DNA from: Deltaproteobacteria bacterium
GTDB lineage: Bacteria > Myxococcota_A > UBA9160 > SZUA-336
Length of the DNA: 64,000 nucleotides
Assembly (NCBI GenBank): GCA_031396695.1
Contig: JANNLG010000062.1
Location: forward strand, 17,746 to 81,745
Direction: 5' to 3'
Below the pieces are notes generated by a model, which did no database searches, was not told the DNA's origin, and saw only the letters and a program-made list of their open reading frames with translations. Shown piece by piece: positions 62,657 to 64,000 of this stretch (position 1 is the first letter of the stretch; each line of letters begins with the position of its first letter). Both the position numbers and the translations under genes were made by a program.

Positions 62657-63352
62657 ATGAGGCAAACAGGCATGAAGGACCGCAACGAAGCCCTGCGCGG
62701 AATCCCGCTGTTCCAGAATCTCGACGAGAAGGACCTCGGCGAGATCGCCACCCTGCTGATCGACCGCAAGTTCCCGCGCGACGCCGTGATCTACGAAGAC
62801 GGCTCGATCGGCGACTATATGTACCTGATCCAAGAAGGTCAGGTAAAAGTTACGAAGATGTCCGAGGACGGACGCGAGAAGATCCTCGAGATTCTCGGGC
62901 CCGGCGACTTCCACGGCGAGATGGCGCTGCTCGATCGCGCGCCGCGCTCCGCCTCGGTGAAGACGACGACGCCCTGCGTGTTGCTCGCCTTGTCGCGACA
63001 GGACTTCCTGGGTCTGCTCAAGCAGAACCACGAGGTGACGCTCGAGCTGATTCGTGTGCTCGCGCGCCGCCTGCGCGAGACCGACGAACAGATTCGCGGC
63101 CTCTCCTTCGAGCGCGTCGAGAGCCGCGCGCGGCGCCTGCTGGCGCGGCTGGCCAAGGAGAAGGTGTCCGATCGTACCGACCGCATGGCCACGTCGCCGA
63201 TCACGCACCAGCAGCTCGCGGATCTCGTCGGCACCAGCCGCGAGACCATCACGCGCGTCGTGAAGGAGCTGAAGGACGCCGGCTGGCTCGAGCAGGAAGG
63301 CAAGCGCTACCTGGTGCCCACCGAAGACACGGAGAGCGCCGAGCGGACCTGA
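62657..63352 (+). CDS. Crp/Fnr-family transcriptional regulator
   Basis: cNMP-binding β-barrel and a C-terminal HTH (…QQLADLVGTSRETITRVVKEL…). Confidence 0.85.
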   Translation: MRQTGMKDRNEALRGIPLFQNLDEKDLGEIATLLIDRKFPRDAVIYEDGSIGDYMYLIQEGQVKVTKMSEDGREKILEILGPGDFHGEMALLDRAPRSASVKTTTPCVLLALSRQDFLGLLKQNHEVTLELIRVLARRLRETDEQIRGLSFERVESRARRLLARLAKEKVSDRTDRMATSPITHQQLADLVGTSRETITRVVKELKDAGWLEQEGKRYLVPTEDTESAERT

Positions 63353-63413
63353 ACCGGGGTCGGTCGTGTGCTAGCTCTTCGGGACCGATTACGCCCCTAG
63401 GAGGTCCTCGAAG

Positions 63414-64000
63414 ATGCGGGTCGCCGCGATCCTTTGCGCCCTGCTGCTCGCAGCCGCCGTCGGCTGCACGTCCAAAGAAGTGCGAATCAACGAGCAGCGC
63501 ACCGCGGCCGACGCGTTCTTCGAGAAGAAGGAATGGAGCGAGGCGAAGATCGCCTACATGAATCTGCTCCAGCTCGCGCCGAGCGACGCTGAAGCGCACT
63601 ACAAGATGGCCGAGACGCTCTGGGCCATGCAGGAATACGGCGAGGCGCTCTGGCAGTACAAAGAAGCCTCGCGACTCGCGCCAGACAACACCGAATGGCG
63701 CATGCGGCTCACGCAGGTGCTGTTCGCCGCACGCGACTACGACACCGCCCTCGAGCAGGTCTCGGCCGTGCTCGAGAAGGACGCCAAGAACATCGACGCG
63801 CTGCTGCTGCGCGGCGCGCTGAAGTCCGTTAAGGGCGACATCGACGGCTTGATCGAGGACGTCGAGGCGGCGCTCGCGATCAATCCCGATCATCCCGACT
63901 CGCTGGCGCTGAAGGCCCAGGCGCTCGGACGCAAAGGCGACATCGCCGGCGCGGAAGAGGCGCTGCGCAAGCTCGTGGTGGTGAAGCCGACCGCGGCGAA
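63414..64000 (+). CDS. TPR-repeat lipoprotein (PrsT-like), 3'-truncated by window end
   Basis: GGAGG RBS and lipobox AVGC. TPR repeats are tandem. The ORF is open to the end of the window. Confidence 0.7.
   Translation, partial: MRVAAILCALLLAAAVGCTSKEVRINEQRTAADAFFEKKEWSEAKIAYMNLLQLAPSDAEAHYKMAETLWAMQEYGEALWQYKEASRLAPDNTEWRMRLTQVLFAARDYDTALEQVSAVLEKDAKNIDALLLRGALKSVKGDIDGLIEDVEAALAINPDHPDSLALKAQALGRKGDIAGAEEALRKLVVVKPTAA

Overview
This is a 64-kb chromosomal segment with about 70% GC, from an apparently δ-proteobacterial or Myxococcota-like genome, although no marker gene fixes the taxon. It is densely coding on both strands. No rRNA, tRNA, CRISPR array, transposase or integrase was recognised.

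The first ~19 kb is a mosaic of redox and lipid-metabolism genes:
- Two luciferase-like (LLM) flavin/F420-type oxidoreductases, an isocitrate-lyase/PEP-mutase-family gene with a divergent LysR regulator, and a B12-binding radical-SAM enzyme.
- DoxX, a secreted di-haem c-type cytochrome (DUF1111-like), a MOSC protein, a GNAT–SnoaL fusion and a cupin.
- An APH-type phosphotransferase, two α/β-hydrolases, and a secreted Asp/Asn/His-rich protein.
- An ether-lipid pair: a PlsC-like acyltransferase divergent from an alkyl-DHAP synthase (AGPS) homologue.
- An enoyl-CoA hydratase and an acyl-CoA dehydrogenase.

The middle (19–39 kb) holds housekeeping genes: three HtrA/DegP protease paralogues, galK, an FAD monooxygenase, thiS-thiG-thiE, alr, purD, tsaC, the rpsP-KH-rimM-trmD-rplS operon, a degenerate SMC/RecF-like membrane protein, yraN, rsmI and ligA.

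The last ~25 kb is a large exopolysaccharide (EPS) biosynthesis and export locus of the PEP-CTERM/exosortase-associated type:
- Regulation: a PAS histidine kinase plus σ54-dependent response regulator, and a second orphan σ54 activator.
- Assembly and export: a split Wzz-like chain-length determinant plus BY tyrosine kinase, an ExeA-like AAA ATPase, WecA-like initiating transferase, O-antigen-ligase-like polymerase, Wza-like exporter and an outer-membrane β-barrel.
- Sugar supply and tailoring: nucleotide-sugar dehydrogenases and epimerases, Gmd, ManC, a GT4 glycosyltransferase, an AsnB-type amidotransferase and a kinase-like protein.
- Flanking: a VanZ-like protein, a Crp regulator and a TPR lipoprotein that runs off the window end.

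Two nearly identical σ54 (-24/-12) promoters sit upstream of the EPS operon and of the second activator gene. No exosortase or PEP-CTERM substrate gene lies inside the window.
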